Shown: positions 19,558 to 29,502, counted from the first letter of the stretch. The stretch is 64,000 nucleotides of DNA from an uncultured Planctomycetota bacterium (GCA_963752285.1 CAVVXN010000003.1:352001-416000), one strand, 5' to 3'. A program made the numbers and translations. The notes: generated by a model not told the origin, from the sequence alone.

Positions 19558-19642
19558 CGGGTCCTCCCGGGCCCCGAGCGGCCCGCACACGTCCTACGGG
19601 GGAGGGCGCCCCCCCGCAAGGGAGGGTGGACCTCGGCCCCCC

Positions 19643-20401
19643 TCACCGGACCTCGACGGTCCACGTGAGGGTCGCGGCGGCGGGGGGGGCGTCCTTCGGC
19701 AGGCCGTACGTGAGCATCAGCTGTTCGAGGGGGTGCCCGAACGGGAGGGTCTCCAGGTCCACGTGGTCGGGCTCGGGGGTCGGGTGGTCGATCGACCACC
19801 CTTCCTCGGCGAGGAGCTTCCCGAGCCGCAGGAGGACCGACTCGGGACGCTCCCGGGCTCCGATCTCGAGGTTCACCTCGCGCGCGCCGGGTCCCTTCCG
19901 GCCCGCGGCCACGATGTTCAGTCGTTCCGCCACCGACGCGCCGGTCTCCCGCGCCACGCGCAGGCGGAAGCGGTTGCCGTCCACGTCGTGGGCGGCGAGC
20001 GCGGTGGTCACGCCGAGGCCCGTCGTGCCCGCGCCCGCGCCCACGGACGACACGCGGGACAGGTGCACCGAGCTGCCGAGGGTCTCGGTGTCCTCCCAGC
20101 CCGCCTCGCGGCAGCGTTCCGCGAGCACGACCGCGACGTCCAGGGCGCGCGTGCCCGCCTCGATCGGCACCTGGAGATCGAGCGGCGGTCGCCCCTCGCC
20201 CGTCGCCGTGAGGTGGAACACCCCCGCGAGCGCGCCCCCTCCGGGCGCGGCCACGGTCACGGCGGCGTCGCCGCGGGCCGGCGGGACGGGGCCTTCGTGG
20301 ATCAGCGGCGCGAGGGTGAGCGCGCCGGCCGCTCCGATCAGGAGCACGAGCAGAACCAGGAGGAAGAGCCTCGGCCGTCCGGCGGACTGGAGCTCGGCCA
20401 C
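19643..20401 (-). CDS. Hypothetical membrane-anchored protein
   Basis: N-terminal TM segment and normal codon usage. Follows the SDR gene co-directionally. Confidence 0.6.
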   Translation of the reverse strand: MAELQSAGRPRLFLLVLLVLLIGAAGALTLAPLIHEGPVPPARGDAAVTVAAPGGGALAGVFHLTATGEGRPPLDLQVPIEAGTRALDVAVVLAERCREAGWEDTETLGSSVHLSRVSSVGAGAGTTGLGVTTALAAHDVDGNRFRLRVARETGASVAERLNIVAAGRKGPGAREVNLEIGARERPESVLLRLGKLLAEEGWSIDHPTPEPDHVDLETLPFGHPLEQLMLTYGLPKDAPPAAATLTWTVEVR

Positions 20402-20407
20402 GGGAAC

Positions 20408-21190
20408 CTATCGCAGCGACGTCAGCGCGCGGCCGCCGTCGAGGGGAAGGAGCCCACCGGTGATCCAGCGGGCCCGGTCGGACACGACGAACTGGACGAG
20501 ATCGGCGACGTCCTCGGGGTCGCCCACGAACCCGAGCGGGTGCGTGCTCTTCGAGCGCTCGAGGAACGCGTCGTAGTCGGACACCGCGTTCGACGCCCGG
20601 TGCAGGTTCGTCACCACCACGCCGGGGTTCACGGCGTTCACGCGGACGCCGTGCGGGGCGAGCTCGAGCGCGAGGCACTCGGTGAGCATGTCGAGGCCGG
20701 CCTTCGCCACGCAGTAGGGGCCGAGGTTCGGGTAGGGGCGGCGCCCCGCGACGCTCGAGACGTTGACGATAGCCGCGCCCGGACGCCCCTTCAGGTGGGG
20801 GACGGCGGCCCGGCAGAAGAGGAACGGGCCCGTGAGGTCCACGTCGAGGAGACGGTTCCACTCCTCGGTGGACGTCCCCTCGATGGGCCCGGACCCGATC
20901 ACGCCCGCGTTGTTGACGAGGATCGTGAGCCCCCCGAACGCCTCGACGGTCGCGAGGACCGCCTCCTCGGCGTGCCGTTCCTCGCGGACGTCGCCCGCCA
21001 CCGCGAGGGCCTCGCCGCCCGCCCCGCGGATCGAGGCGACGACCTCCGCGAGGACGGCGGCCCGCCGGCCCGTCACGGCCACGGCCGCGCCCAGGCCGGC
21101 CAGCCGCCCGGCGATCGCGCGGCCGATGCCCGACGTCGCGCCGGTCACCAGCGCCACGCGTCCCGACAGCTCGTGGTTCCCGTTCGTCAT
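20408..21190 (-). CDS. Short-chain dehydrogenase/reductase (SDR)
   Basis: TGATSGIG, LVNNAG, NVSS, YCVAK and RVNAVNPG. Confidence 0.92.
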   Translation of the reverse strand: MTNGNHELSGRVALVTGATSGIGRAIAGRLAGLGAAVAVTGRRAAVLAEVVASIRGAGGEALAVAGDVREERHAEEAVLATVEAFGGLTILVNNAGVIGSGPIEGTSTEEWNRLLDVDLTGPFLFCRAAVPHLKGRPGAAIVNVSSVAGRRPYPNLGPYCVAKAGLDMLTECLALELAPHGVRVNAVNPGVVVTNLHRASNAVSDYDAFLERSKSTHPLGFVGDPEDVADLVQFVVSDRARWITGGLLPLDGGRALTSLR

Positions 21191-21270
21191 GGCCCCGGTT
21201 CTACCGCGAAAACCGCGCGCGCGCACGGCGGGGACTTCGCGCTCGGCAACGGGCCGCGTAGGCTTCTCCC

Positions 21271-21963
21271 ATGACCGATCGAGACCTCGAGAAGCGCGCC
21301 GCCGCCCTCGCCGCCGTGGCCGAGGTCTCGGACGGGATGCGCGTCGGGCTCGGCTCCGGGAGCACCGCGCTTCACGCGGTCCGGGCGCTCGGCGTGCGGG
21401 TGGCCGAGGGCCTGAGGATCGTCGGGGTCCCGACGTCGCGCGAGACCGCGCGCGTCGCGACCGAGGTGGGGATCTTGCTCGACGACCTCGACCGGGAGCC
21501 GCGGCTCGACGTCACGATCGACGGCGCCGACGAGGTCGACCCGCGCCTTCGCCTCGTCAAGGGCGGCGGCGGCGCGCTGCTCCACGAGAAGGTCGTCGCG
21601 TCCGCCAGCGCGCGGATGATCGTGGTGGCCGACGCATCGAAGATGGTCGCGCGGCTCGGCGCCTTCCCCCTCCCCGTCGAGGTGATCCCCTTCGCCGCGA
21701 CGCTCGTGTCGGAGCGCGTCCGCGCGCTCGGTCTCGAGCCGAGGCTCCGCCGCGCGCGGGACGGCGCGCCCTACACCACGGACGAGGGCAACCGGATCCT
21801 CGACTGCGCGAGCGGCGGGATCGAGGACCCGGACGCGCTCGGCGCGGCCCTCTCGTCGATCCCGGGCGTGGTCGAGCACGGCCTCTTCCTCGGTCTCGCG
21901 AGCGAGATCCTCGTGGCGCGGGGCGAGGCGGTCGAGCGCGTGCTCGCCACCGCCGCGACGTGA
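21271..21963 (+). CDS. rpiA: Ribose-5-phosphate isomerase A
   Basis: GLGSGST, DGADEVD, KGGGGALLHEK and PGVVEHGLF. Confidence 0.95.
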   Translation: MTDRDLEKRAAALAAVAEVSDGMRVGLGSGSTALHAVRALGVRVAEGLRIVGVPTSRETARVATEVGILLDDLDREPRLDVTIDGADEVDPRLRLVKGGGGALLHEKVVASASARMIVVADASKMVARLGAFPLPVEVIPFAATLVSERVRALGLEPRLRRARDGAPYTTDEGNRILDCASGGIEDPDALGAALSSIPGVVEHGLFLGLASEILVARGEAVERVLATAAT

Positions 21964-21973
21964 GGGCGGGACG

Positions 21974-22408
21974 GTGCCGCGCGTCGCCGAGCCGATCCGG
22001 GTGAACGCGCGGGTCGCGATCCCCCCGGCGGAGGTCGCGCTCTCGTACGCGCGGTCCGGCGGCCCCGGCGGCCAGCACGTGAACAAGACGGCCACGAAGG
22101 TGTTGCTCCGGTGGAACCTCGACGACTCCGCGGCGCTCGGCGACGCGGACCGCGCGTGGCTCCGCCGTCGGCTCGCGTCGCGTCTCACGGCGGCCGGCGA
22201 CGTCCTCGTCGCGGTCGAGTCCCACCGCGACCAGAAGCGAAACGTCGAGGAGGCGATCGAACGATTTCGCGACCTCCTCGCGCGCGCGCTCGAGCGGCCG
22301 AAGCGTCGCAAGAAGACCCGGCCGACGCGCGCCTCGAAGGAGCGTCGCCTCGACGCGAAGCGCCGCCGCGGCGAGACGAAACGGACGCGCCGCGAGCCTC
22401 CCGCGTAG
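21974..22408 (+). CDS. arfB: Alternative ribosome rescue aminoacyl-tRNA hydrolase ArfB
   Basis: RSGGPGGQHVNKT (GGQ) and basic tail KRRKKTRPTRASKERRL. Confidence 0.93.
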   Translation: MPRVAEPIRVNARVAIPPAEVALSYARSGGPGGQHVNKTATKVLLRWNLDDSAALGDADRAWLRRRLASRLTAAGDVLVAVESHRDQKRNVEEAIERFRDLLARALERPKRRKKTRPTRASKERRLDAKRRRGETKRTRREPPA

Positions 22409-22490
22409 CGCTCCCGGGCCCTCGTGCCGTCATGCCCCAAGGAGAAGAACGGGGCTCGAACCCCGGCGGTTCGTGCGCGTTACGCCCCGC

Positions 22491-22592
22491 ATGCGACGCG
22501 CCCTCTTCCTCGCCCTCGTCTCCGTCGTCCTCTTCCCGGCGTCCGCGCCGCCCGCGCCCCCCGCCGCGCCGCGCGTCGCCCCGCGGCCGTAG
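22491..22592 (+). CDS. 33-aa ORF consisting of a signal-peptide-like segment (possible gene remnant or small membrane peptide)
   Basis: MRRALFLALVSVVLFPASAPPAPPAAPRVAPRP*. GC3-rich codon usage. Fills the gap between arfB and the ECF gene. Confidence 0.35.
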   Translation: MRRALFLALVSVVLFPASAPPAPPAAPRVAPRP

Positions 22593-22607
22593 GGCGCCCG
22601 CCGCGCC

Positions 22608-24920
22608 TCAGCGCTTCCTCGCGAGCCGGATCTCGACCAGGACGGGCGTCGCGTCGGACGTCGGGAACACGTCCTTCTGCTCGACGTCCGCGTAGCCCTC
22701 CGCGCGGACGCTCACCACGTGGGGCTCGCCGGGGGGAAGGGCGAGCATCCGCACCTCGCCGTCGCCGGACGCGCGGCCCGACCACCCGACGTTCCCCTCG
22801 AATCCCGCGATCGACGCCCGCGCGCGCTCGCGCGAGGCCGGCCGCGCCATGGCGGCCGCGCCGGCGACGGGCTTCCCCGTCTCGGCGTCCAGGATGCGGA
22901 CGAGGAGACGGCCGGCGGGGAGCTCGACCGCCACGACCTTCTCTTCGCCCGCGGCGACCGGGATCGGCTCCGGGGTGCGCAGCACGAAGTCGTCCACGAG
23001 GCTCGGGTCGCCGAGCCAGATCTCGGTGCGGAACGCGCCCGCCCCCTTGGCCGTGAACCGCGCGCGCCCGTCCGCGTCCGTGACGACGACCCGCCGCTCC
23101 TGCCCCTCGGCCAGGCTCACCGCGACGCCGCCGAGGGGCGTGCCGTTCGCCGTGACGCGGACCGCGATCCCTGCCCCGGACCCCGCGCCCGCGGGATTCC
23201 CGAGCTCGACCTCCGTCACCTCGCCCGACCGGACGTGGACCTTCTTCACGCCGGGCGGCCCCGCGCCGAGCAGCGCGATCGACTCGCCCCCCGGCCCGGG
23301 CTGGGCCGCCACGCCTTGGATCCGGAACGCGCCGTCGTCCCCGACCGGCGAGCGGAGGACGAGACCCTTCCGGCTCCAGACCACCTCCCCGCCGCGGGCC
23401 GGCTCGCCACTCGGACCGTACGCCTTCCCCTCGATCGTCGCCGTCCGCGCGACGCGGACCTCGTGGTCCCGTCCCGGGGCGATTCGCTCGAGGTCGAGGT
23501 TCGGGACGGCGGCCGCGCGTCCCGGCGCGATCACCCACCAGGTGGGGCCGCGCGCCGGCCGCTCGCCCGGCCGCGGGACGTAGACCGGCAGGTCGAGCTC
23601 GCCGCCCCTGTCCGCGACGAGCGACGCGCCCCGGAAGAAGGCGTCGTCGTCGCCTCGCTCGTGGAACGGCGTCACGGTCGCGCCGGCGAGCGCGTCGCCC
23701 GTCTCCTCGGCGAGGAGCCGGACGTGCACCGTCCTCGGATGGGCGGGGAGCGGGATCTCGAGCGGCACGGCCCCGTCGCTCGCCAGGACGGCGTCGCTGA
23801 GGAACGGCGCCGCGCCGGGCCGCGAGAGGAACACGCGCCACCGCCCCGGCTTCGGCGCCACGACGTCGCCGCCGTTCGCGCTCCAGGCGAGCGACGCGTC
23901 GGTCTGCCAGGCGTCCCGCGGGCCGAAGAAGCGCGCGAGGATCCCCTCGATGCCGCCGGCCTGGAGCGCCGCCTCGTTGACGAACGTGACCGACGCGGGG
24001 ATCTGGGCCGCCTCGTACCGACGTCGCACGTCCTCGCCGTCGATGGCCCGACCCGCTTCGTCCACGAAGCGGATCGCGACGCGGGGACCGGCCGTGGCGT
24101 CGGCTTCCGAGGCGGGCGCGTTCCCGGCGGGCGGCGGCGTCGCGACCGGGCTCTCGACGTCCGGCCCGGGAGCCCGCCCCACGAGCCGCGCGGGGTCCGA
24201 CGGGAGGCCTCGGGCGATCGGTCCCTCGTCGCGACCGACGCCCAAGCGCGTCGTCGTGACGAACCAGACCGCGCCGGCGAGGAGCAGGACCACCCCCGCC
24301 AGGACGAGGAGCTTCGCCTTCGTCGTACCCACGAGCACGCCTCCCTTCGAGAGCCACGAGAACCCGCCGCCGCCCGTTCCGCCCGCGATCGGGAGCAGCG
24401 CGGCGACCCAGAGCCGCCGGTCCCCCTTCGCCTCGCGATCGAGGTCCGCGCGAAGCCGGTCGAGGCCGCGCTTCACCCGCGTCCGGACGGTCGCCGCCGG
24501 GACCCCGGTGCACCGTGCGATCTCCCTCGTCGATCGCCCCTCGAAGTAGCAGAGGAGCAGCGTGCTCCTAAACGGCTCGTCGAGGGTCGCGACCCGTTGG
24601 ACGAGCGCGCGGTGCACCTCGGCCTCCGCCACCACCGCGTCGACGCCCTGGCCCTCGATCGCCTCGGGCCGGGCGACCTTCCGCTCGCGCGCGCGGCGCG
24701 CGCCCTCGCTCCGCCCGATGCGACGCGCTTCGTTTCGGGCGACGGTCCGGAGCCACGCGGGGAGCGCCTCGACCTGTGCCGGCGGGCGTGCGATCGCGGT
24801 GGCGAGGGTCGCCTGGGTGACGTCGTCGGCGTCCGCGTCGCCGCGGACGAGGACGCCGGCGAAGCGCCGGAGCCAGCCGACGTGGTCGAGCAGGTCCTGG
24901 GGATCGAAGGGGCGCGACAC
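22608..24920 (-). CDS. ECF sigma factor with TM segment and large extracytoplasmic C-terminal extension (carboxypeptidase-regulatory-like beta domains)
   Basis: Sigma region 2 (DADDVTQAT..WLRTVARN) and region 4 (YFEGRSTREIA..TVRTRVKRG). TM KLLVLAGVVLLLAGAVWFV. Repeats such as TDADGRARF and RILDAETGKPVAGA. SD GGAGG before GTG 24920. Confidence 0.87.
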   Translation of the reverse strand: MSRPFDPQDLLDHVGWLRRFAGVLVRGDADADDVTQATLATAIARPPAQVEALPAWLRTVARNEARRIGRSEGARRARERKVARPEAIEGQGVDAVVAEAEVHRALVQRVATLDEPFRSTLLLCYFEGRSTREIARCTGVPAATVRTRVKRGLDRLRADLDREAKGDRRLWVAALLPIAGGTGGGGFSWLSKGGVLVGTTKAKLLVLAGVVLLLAGAVWFVTTTRLGVGRDEGPIARGLPSDPARLVGRAPGPDVESPVATPPPAGNAPASEADATAGPRVAIRFVDEAGRAIDGEDVRRRYEAAQIPASVTFVNEAALQAGGIEGILARFFGPRDAWQTDASLAWSANGGDVVAPKPGRWRVFLSRPGAAPFLSDAVLASDGAVPLEIPLPAHPRTVHVRLLAEETGDALAGATVTPFHERGDDDAFFRGASLVADRGGELDLPVYVPRPGERPARGPTWWVIAPGRAAAVPNLDLERIAPGRDHEVRVARTATIEGKAYGPSGEPARGGEVVWSRKGLVLRSPVGDDGAFRIQGVAAQPGPGGESIALLGAGPPGVKKVHVRSGEVTEVELGNPAGAGSGAGIAVRVTANGTPLGGVAVSLAEGQERRVVVTDADGRARFTAKGAGAFRTEIWLGDPSLVDDFVLRTPEPIPVAAGEEKVVAVELPAGRLLVRILDAETGKPVAGAAAMARPASRERARASIAGFEGNVGWSGRASGDGEVRMLALPPGEPHVVSVRAEGYADVEQKDVFPTSDATPVLVEIRLARKR

Positions 24921-24938
24921 GGTGACCTCCACCCCCAG

Positions 24939-24964
24939 GATGCAGAGGCGGGCCGGTTCGTTCC
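24939..24964 (-). promoter_or_regulatory. ECF-type promoter upstream of the ECF gene (possible autoregulation)
   Basis: Minus strand GGAAC-N16-GCATC. Confidence 0.55.
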
Positions 24965-25085
24965 CGGGTTTCTCCGCCGCCCCCCGATCGACCGCGGGCG
25001 GAATCGCGCCGGAGGGCGCGTCGCCGTCGAGGGCGACGTAGACGTCCGGCTCGCCGGGTCCCGCGCGGGCGGCCGGGGCGCCGGA

Positions 25086-25952
25086 CTACCGGTAGGGGGC
25101 GAGGATCGGGGCGAGTCGGTCGAGGGTGGCGGCGGGGACCGCGTCGAGCGGGGTCACCATCGCCGTCTCGAGCGCGTGCATCTCGGGGAGGTCGCCCGCG
25201 GGCACGAGGGGGATCGCGGCGCGGACGATGTCGGTCGCGGCCATCGCGTTCTCCCGCAGCACGTCCAGGATCTCGGCGGCACGGACGCCCTCCTCCGCCT
25301 CCCGCCAGGCGTCGAAGTCGGTCACGAGGGAGAGCGACGCGAAGGCGATCTCGGCCTCGCGACAGAGCCGCGCCTCGCTGACGCACGTCATGCCGATGAC
25401 GTCGCACCCGACGCTCCGGTACCAGCGGCTCTCCGCGCGCGTGGAGAACTGCGGTCCCTCCATGCAGAGATACGTCCCGCCCTCGTGGACGGCGTGGCCC
25501 GCGCGGCTCGCGCCCTCGACGAGGGCGTCCCGCAGCGCGGGGCTGAACGGGTCGGCGAGCGAGACGTGGGCGACGAGGCCCTGGCCGAAGAACGTGTCTG
25601 GGCGGTGGCGCGTACGGTCGAGGATCTGGTCCGGCACGACCAAGGTCCGCGGCGGAAGGTGCTCCCGGAGGCTCCCGACCGCGCTCGGCGAGAAGACCTT
25701 CCGTACGCCCAGGGCGCGGAACGCCCAGACGTTCGCGCGGTAGGGGATCTCGGTCGGGAGGAGGGTGTGCTTCGGACCGTGCCGCGCGAGGAAGGCCACG
25801 CGCCGGCCCTCGATCGTTCCGACACGGATCGGGGCGGACGGTCTCCCGAACGGCGTGTCCACGACGACGTCCTCTACGTCCTCGAGCCCGGCCAGGTCGT
25901 AGAGCCCCGTCCCGCCGAGGACGCCGATCTCCGCTCGCGCACCGTCCCTCAT
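25086..25952 (-). CDS. mtnP: S-methyl-5'-thioadenosine phosphorylase
   Basis: IGVLGGTGLY, TPFGRPS, FLARHG, YRANVWA, EGPQFSTRAES, IGMT and VTDFDAW. Confidence 0.93.
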   Translation of the reverse strand: MRDGARAEIGVLGGTGLYDLAGLEDVEDVVVDTPFGRPSAPIRVGTIEGRRVAFLARHGPKHTLLPTEIPYRANVWAFRALGVRKVFSPSAVGSLREHLPPRTLVVPDQILDRTRHRPDTFFGQGLVAHVSLADPFSPALRDALVEGASRAGHAVHEGGTYLCMEGPQFSTRAESRWYRSVGCDVIGMTCVSEARLCREAEIAFASLSLVTDFDAWREAEEGVRAAEILDVLRENAMAATDIVRAAIPLVPAGDLPEMHALETAMVTPLDAVPAATLDRLAPILAPYR

Positions 25953-27082
25953 CGCTTCGGGTCCTCCGGCATGCGCCGCTCGGGCGCGACGTGCTTCAGC
26001 GCGCTCGCGAGCAAGCGGGCCTTGATCGTTCCGCTCAAGACCTTCTTGGGCTTTCCGTCGCGGTCGAGCACGACGACCGCCGGCGTCGCCTTGACGCCGA
26101 GCCGGGCGAGCGTGTCCGCGTTCGCGCCAGCTTCGAGGCGCACGCACGGGATCTGCCGGCCGAGGAAGCGCACCTCCGGGTCGAAGAAGACGTCGTGCTG
26201 GAGCGTGCGGAGCGCACCCTCGTCGGCGGCGTCCGCGCTCCAGAGCCAGAGCATCACACCGCCCTTCTTCGCGCCCGCCTCCGACCTCACGGCGGCCGCG
26301 AGATCGTCGGTCCAGTCGAACGAACGGTCGTCGCCCGCGGTGAAGCGACCGTCCATCACGTTCATCCACCAGTGAAGGTAGTCCACGAGCTGGTCGGGGA
26401 ACGCGTGGCCGAGACCGTTCTGGACGCGCACCTCCACGCTCCGGACCTTCCCGCGGAGCATCCCGACCGTCGCCTGGGCCGCGCGCAGGTTCGGGTCCTC
26501 GCTGCCCGCGAGCGCGATCACGCCCTGGTCCGTCGCCGCCCACTTCGGCACCTGTCCGCCCTGGAACCCCGCGGCGATCCACGTGGCGCTCGCCGGGTGG
26601 AGGTCGTCGTCGAAGGCCAGAGGGGTCAGGTGCCAGCCGCCGTTCGAGAACCCCACGACGTGGAGCCTCTTCGGGTCGATCGGGAGGACCTTCTCCAGGT
26701 GGAGCGCGATCCGCTTCGCCGCGTCGAGCTCCGACGGCTGCCAGTCGTTCGTGTGCGCCTGGGGCGCGACGACGACGTAGCCGTCCTGGGCCCAGCCGGC
26801 GAACGCGTGGGCCATGCCGCTCCCGGTTCCACCCGATCCGTGCATGACGAGGAGCAGCGAGCACCTCTTGTCGGCCGACATCTCGCTCGGGCAAACGAGC
26901 GTCGTCGAGAGTCCCTCGATCTCCGGGCTCGACTCCCCCGCGGGATACGGCGCGTCGTCCGCGCGCGCGGCCCCGACGGCGAGGACCGTAGGGAGAAGGG
27001 CGAGCGCGAGGATCGCCACGCGGGGTCGCAAACGCGGACGGTCCCGACTCGTCGTGGCCGGGGAGGACCGGGGTCGCGCCAT
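25949..27082 (-). CDS. Exported alpha/beta hydrolase (esterase-like) with C-terminal thioredoxin-like domain
   Basis: Signal peptide, MHGSGG, nucleophile elbow GFSNGG, GSEDP and GHAF. C-terminal LGVKATPAVVVLDRDGK without CxxC. Confidence 0.75.
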   Translation of the reverse strand: MARPRSSPATTSRDRPRLRPRVAILALALLPTVLAVGAARADDAPYPAGESSPEIEGLSTTLVCPSEMSADKRCSLLLVMHGSGGTGSGMAHAFAGWAQDGYVVVAPQAHTNDWQPSELDAAKRIALHLEKVLPIDPKRLHVVGFSNGGWHLTPLAFDDDLHPASATWIAAGFQGGQVPKWAATDQGVIALAGSEDPNLRAAQATVGMLRGKVRSVEVRVQNGLGHAFPDQLVDYLHWWMNVMDGRFTAGDDRSFDWTDDLAAAVRSEAGAKKGGVMLWLWSADAADEGALRTLQHDVFFDPEVRFLGRQIPCVRLEAGANADTLARLGVKATPAVVVLDRDGKPKKVLSGTIKARLLASALKHVAPERRMPEDPKR

Positions 27083-27174
27083 CGCGAGGATGATACCGCT
27101 CGTGTCTCGACGCCCGGGCTTGATCCCGCACCCGCCGGTCGGGGATGCTTGGGGCGAGGAGGTGGCCCCGCTCC

Positions 27175-28749
27175 ATGCCCGACCGCGCCGCGCTTCGCGT
27201 CCTCGACGCCTGGACCGATCGCCTCGAGCCGGCGGAGGAGGCGCTCGCGCGCGCCCGCTGGGACGCGGCCACCGACGCGACCGACGACCACCGCCGAGCC
27301 GTCGAGGCGGCGGCGAAGACGGTGGAAGCCCGCGCGCACGACGACGCCGGCTACGCGAAGATCGAGCAGAGCCTCCACGAGCGAATCGACGACCCGGTGC
27401 TTCGCCGCGCGCTCGAGCGCCTGCGTCTCCGGCTCCTCCCGCACCGTGTGCCGCGTCCCGAGCGCCTGATCGCGCTCGAGGCCGAGGTGCTCGAGCGCTT
27501 CGCTCGTCACCGCGGCGCGGTGGACGGGGTGCGACTCGACGGGAACCAGACCCGGGAGATCCTGGCCGAGAGCCGCGACGCGGCGCGCGTCGAGGCGGCC
27601 TGGCGCGCGGCGGTGGGCGTGGGCACCGAGGTCGAGGACGCGGTCCGCGAGACGACGCGCCTCCGAAACGAGCACGCGCGTGCGCTCGGCTTCGCCGACC
27701 ACCGTCGCCTCCGACTCGAGCTGGAGGAGGTCGTGCCGGCCGCCCTCGACGCCTTCCTCGCCGACCTCGATCGCGCGACGGAGGCGCCGTGGCGCGAGCG
27801 TCACGCGCGCCTCGACCGCGACCGCGCGGCGCGGTTCGGGATCGCGCTCGACCGGCTCGCGCCGTGGCACCAGGGCGACGTGTTCCTGCAGAGCCTTCCG
27901 GCGGCCGACGGCGTGGACGACCCGCTCGCGGCGCTCGACCCCGTGGCCCTCGCGCGCGCCACCTTCGACGGTCTCGGGTTCGACGTGAGCGCCGTCCTCG
28001 AGCGGAGCGACCTCCAGCCCCGCGAGGGGAAGCACCCGCACGCGTTCTGCCTGCACGTGGACCGCGCGGGCGACGTCCGCGTGCTCGCGAACCTCGAGCC
28101 CGGCGCGCGGAGCACGCGCACGCTGCTCCACGAGCTCGGACACGCGGTGTACGAGCTCGGGCTCGACCCCGACCTGCCGTGGATCCTCCGCCGCCCGCCC
28201 CACGCCGCCACGACCGAGGGCGTCGCGATGCTCTTCGGGAGGCTCGTCGAGGACGAGGCCTGGCGGCACGACGTCGCGGGCCTCGGGGCCGATCCCGACG
28301 CGGCGATCCGGCGCCGGGACGACCTGCTCTGCTTCGCGAGGTGGGGCCTCGCGGTCTCGCGGTTCGAGGAGCGTCTCTACGCGGACCCCGAGCAGGACCT
28401 CGACGCGGCGTGGTGGGACTGTCTCGAGCGCTACCAGGGCGTGCGCCGTCCCGAGGACCCGCCGCGAGGCGCGTGGGCGTCGAAGATCCACGTGTCGTGC
28501 TGGCCCGTCTACTACCACTCGTATCTCTACGGCGAGACCGTCGCGTCGATGCTCGACCACCACGTGCGGCACGACGTGTTCGGGCGCCGGCTGGTCGGGA
28601 ACCCGCCCGCCGGCGCGTTCCTCCGCGAGCGCGTGTTCCGCCCCGGCGCGTCGGTCCGTTGGGAGCGCCTCGTCGAGGAGGCCACGCTCGCGCGGGTGGA
28701 CCCTGCCGCGCTCGCCCGCGACGTGACCTCGCCCGCCCCGCGCGCGTGA
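27175..28749 (+). CDS. M3/M2-type zinc metallopeptidase (oligopeptidase/peptidyl-dipeptidase-like)
   Basis: REGKHPHAFC, LLHELGH (HExxH), TEGVA and WASKIH..PVYYHSY. Confidence 0.85.
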   Translation: MPDRAALRVLDAWTDRLEPAEEALARARWDAATDATDDHRRAVEAAAKTVEARAHDDAGYAKIEQSLHERIDDPVLRRALERLRLRLLPHRVPRPERLIALEAEVLERFARHRGAVDGVRLDGNQTREILAESRDAARVEAAWRAAVGVGTEVEDAVRETTRLRNEHARALGFADHRRLRLELEEVVPAALDAFLADLDRATEAPWRERHARLDRDRAARFGIALDRLAPWHQGDVFLQSLPAADGVDDPLAALDPVALARATFDGLGFDVSAVLERSDLQPREGKHPHAFCLHVDRAGDVRVLANLEPGARSTRTLLHELGHAVYELGLDPDLPWILRRPPHAATTEGVAMLFGRLVEDEAWRHDVAGLGADPDAAIRRRDDLLCFARWGLAVSRFEERLYADPEQDLDAAWWDCLERYQGVRRPEDPPRGAWASKIHVSCWPVYYHSYLYGETVASMLDHHVRHDVFGRRLVGNPPAGAFLRERVFRPGASVRWERLVEEATLARVDPAALARDVTSPAPRA

Positions 28750-28767
28750 AGGCCCGCGCGGGGCGCC

Positions 28768-29502
28768 TCAATCGGCGAAGGGGGGACGGACCCGGAGCGC
28801 GCGGTCCAGCGCCCGGAGGTCGTCCGGTACCGGCGCCTCGAACCGCACGCGCGCGCCGCCGACCGGGTGCGCGAAGGCGAGCCGCCACGCGTGGAGCGCC
28901 GGACGCGCGCCGCGCGGTCCACCGTACTTCGTGTCCCCCACGATGGGGTGACCGGCCACGGCGAGCTGCGCGCGGATCTGGTGCGACCGGCCCGTCGCGA
29001 GGTCGAGGCGGAGACGCGACGCCGTCGGGCCGACGCCGACCGTCGCGTAGGCGAGGCGGGCGGGCTTCGCGCCCGGATCGTCCGGCTGCGCCACGCGGGT
29101 GACGCCGCCCGAGCGCACGAGGCGGTGAAGGAGCTGCCCCTCCGAGGGATCCGGGCGGCCCGTGACCCAGGCGAGGTACGTCTTCTCGACGTCCTCGCGT
29201 TCGCGAAACGCCTTGGCGAGACGCGCCGCGGCCTTGGAAGTCTTCGCCACGACCAGCACGCCCGACACGTTGCGGTCGAGACGGTGGACCAGGCCGACGT
29301 ACGCGCGCCCGGGCTTGGCCTCGGACTCCCGGCGGTAGGCGTCCACGAGGTCGGGGAGCGAGACCACGCCCGGCGGGCCGCCCTGGGAGAGGAGACCCGC
29401 GGGCTTCGAGACCGCGAGGAGGTGGCCGTCCTCGAAGAGGACCGTGACCCCCTTCGCCTCGAGGCCCCGGAGCGCCATGCGTCGCAGGTCGCGCGGGTGC
29501 AT
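28768..29502 (-). CDS. RluA-family pseudouridine synthase
   Basis: KPAGL, VHRLDRNVSG, TGRSHQIRAQ and HPIVGDTKYG. Confidence 0.92.
   Translation of the reverse strand: MHPRDLRRMALRGLEAKGVTVLFEDGHLLAVSKPAGLLSQGGPPGVVSLPDLVDAYRRESEAKPGRAYVGLVHRLDRNVSGVLVVAKTSKAAARLAKAFREREDVEKTYLAWVTGRPDPSEGQLLHRLVRSGGVTRVAQPDDPGAKPARLAYATVGVGPTASRLRLDLATGRSHQIRAQLAVAGHPIVGDTKYGGPRGARPALHAWRLAFAHPVGGARVRFEAPVPDDLRALDRALRVRPPFAD

Noticed and set aside
22451..22464. GGGGTTCGAGCCCC on the minus strand, resembling a tRNA T-arm
   Set aside because: No acceptor stem, D-arm, anticodon arm or CCA in the flanks.
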